Virus record (IMG/VR): IMGVR_UViG_3300020450_000080
Coordinates: 1-27,095 of that record
DNA: 27,095 nucleotides
Reading direction: 5' to 3' (one strand)
DNA from: a virus
Taxonomy: Duplodnaviria > Caudoviricetes
The position numbers and the translations under genes are program-made. Positions 26,502 to 27,095 of this stretch are shown here, in pieces (within the stretch, counting starts at the first letter, position 1; every line of letters starts with the position of its first letter). The notes under the pieces were generated by a model. That model saw only the letters and a list, made by a program, of their open reading frames with translations, was not told the origin of the DNA and searched no databases.

Positions 26502-27094
26502 TAAACCCTCCTAAGTGTAAATTTTTGGTCTATAAATGCTGCTGCTAAGTTTCTAATACTTTTGCTTATAAGTGGCTTTGGATTATATCCAGTAGGCCAT
26601 TGTCTTACGCCATTATTTTCAAATGTTTCATACGGATTTAGTTGATAAGTATAATCCGCTACAACACTTGCAGGTGCTTGTCTTAATCCTGTTAATCTTA
26701 CGCTATTTGAAAACCTTCCTGTTTGATTTATAAGTGCAGGTCTTCCCATGTTTCTTCTAACTTCTGCAGGTAGCTTTTGGTTGATTGCTATTTGTACTTT
26801 TGCTAAGTCTAGTTGTCGTTTTCCAGTTCTTGATTTTTTGCCTCCCTTACCAGTTAATCTTATTTCTTTTGCTGCTATTCCTTTAGTTGCTGCTTTTTGA
26901 AGTTTAGTTAACTTACTTGTACTAATTCTTTTACCTTTTACACCTGTTTTTAATTTTTTTGTTCTTGTTGCTTTTGACCTTGAAGCTTTTACTTTTTTAC
27001 CTTTAGCGATATCTGTAATATCTTTTACAATTTTATTTTCTACTGAAGGAGAACCTTTAACATCTCCTATTTTTATTTTACTTAAATAATTTTT
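26501..27094 (-). CDS. Tail completion protein (T5 p143-like), 5'-truncated by the window edge
   Basis: The frame of track ORF 26501..26749 stays open to the right edge (KNYLSKIKIG...LPAEVRRNMGRPALINQTGRFSNSV...). Motifs TGRFSNSV, YQLNPYETFE, NPKPLISKSIR; syntenic position. Confidence 0.8.
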   Translation of the reverse strand, partial: KNYLSKIKIGDVKGSPSVENKIVKDITDIAKGKKVKASRSKATRTKKLKTGVKGKRISTSKLTKLQKAATKGIAAKEIRLTGKGGKKSRTGKRQLDLAKVQIAINQKLPAEVRRNMGRPALINQTGRFSNSVRLTGLRQAPASVVADYTYQLNPYETFENNGVRQWPTGYNPKPLISKSIRNLAAAFIDQKFTLRRV

Positions 27095-27095
27095 T

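Noticed and set aside
1-27095. CRISPR array, tRNA/rRNA genes, introns/inteins, IS elements, stop-codon reassignment
   Set aside because: No repeat-spacer array, RNA gene or mobile-element signature seen by eye. Genes are intact under the standard code and end in TAA, TAG or TGA at coupled junctions.

Overview
AT-rich window from a T5-like (Demerecviridae-type) siphophage, probably aquatic or marine, covering the tail morphogenesis region. All credible genes are on the minus strand, mostly abutting or overlapping. In transcription order (right to left): tail completion protein (p143-like, partial), tail terminator (p142), major tail tube protein (pb6), p140-like tail protein, two tail assembly chaperones probably joined by a frameshift, tape measure (pb2), distal tail (pb9), a 2039-aa baseplate hub that appears fused to a central fibre, and a Tfa-like chaperone. 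A consensus sigma70 promoter then precedes an unusually elaborate side-fibre module: collar (p132-like), adaptor, 530-aa proximal fibre, three fibres with S74 auto-cleaving chaperones, a 2OG-Fe(II) oxygenase, a putative tip adhesin and hypothetical genes. The most notable observations are a complete type-1 copper (cupredoxin) ligand set inside a tail fibre, a recurring C-terminal 'DGGxF' / N-terminal 'MAQT.K.KRS' pattern suggesting a chained and branched fibre assembly, direct repeats at fibre gene junctions, and a UUU_CGU +1 frameshift candidate. Homology calls rest on motifs I recognise from memory and on gene order; no database search was run.
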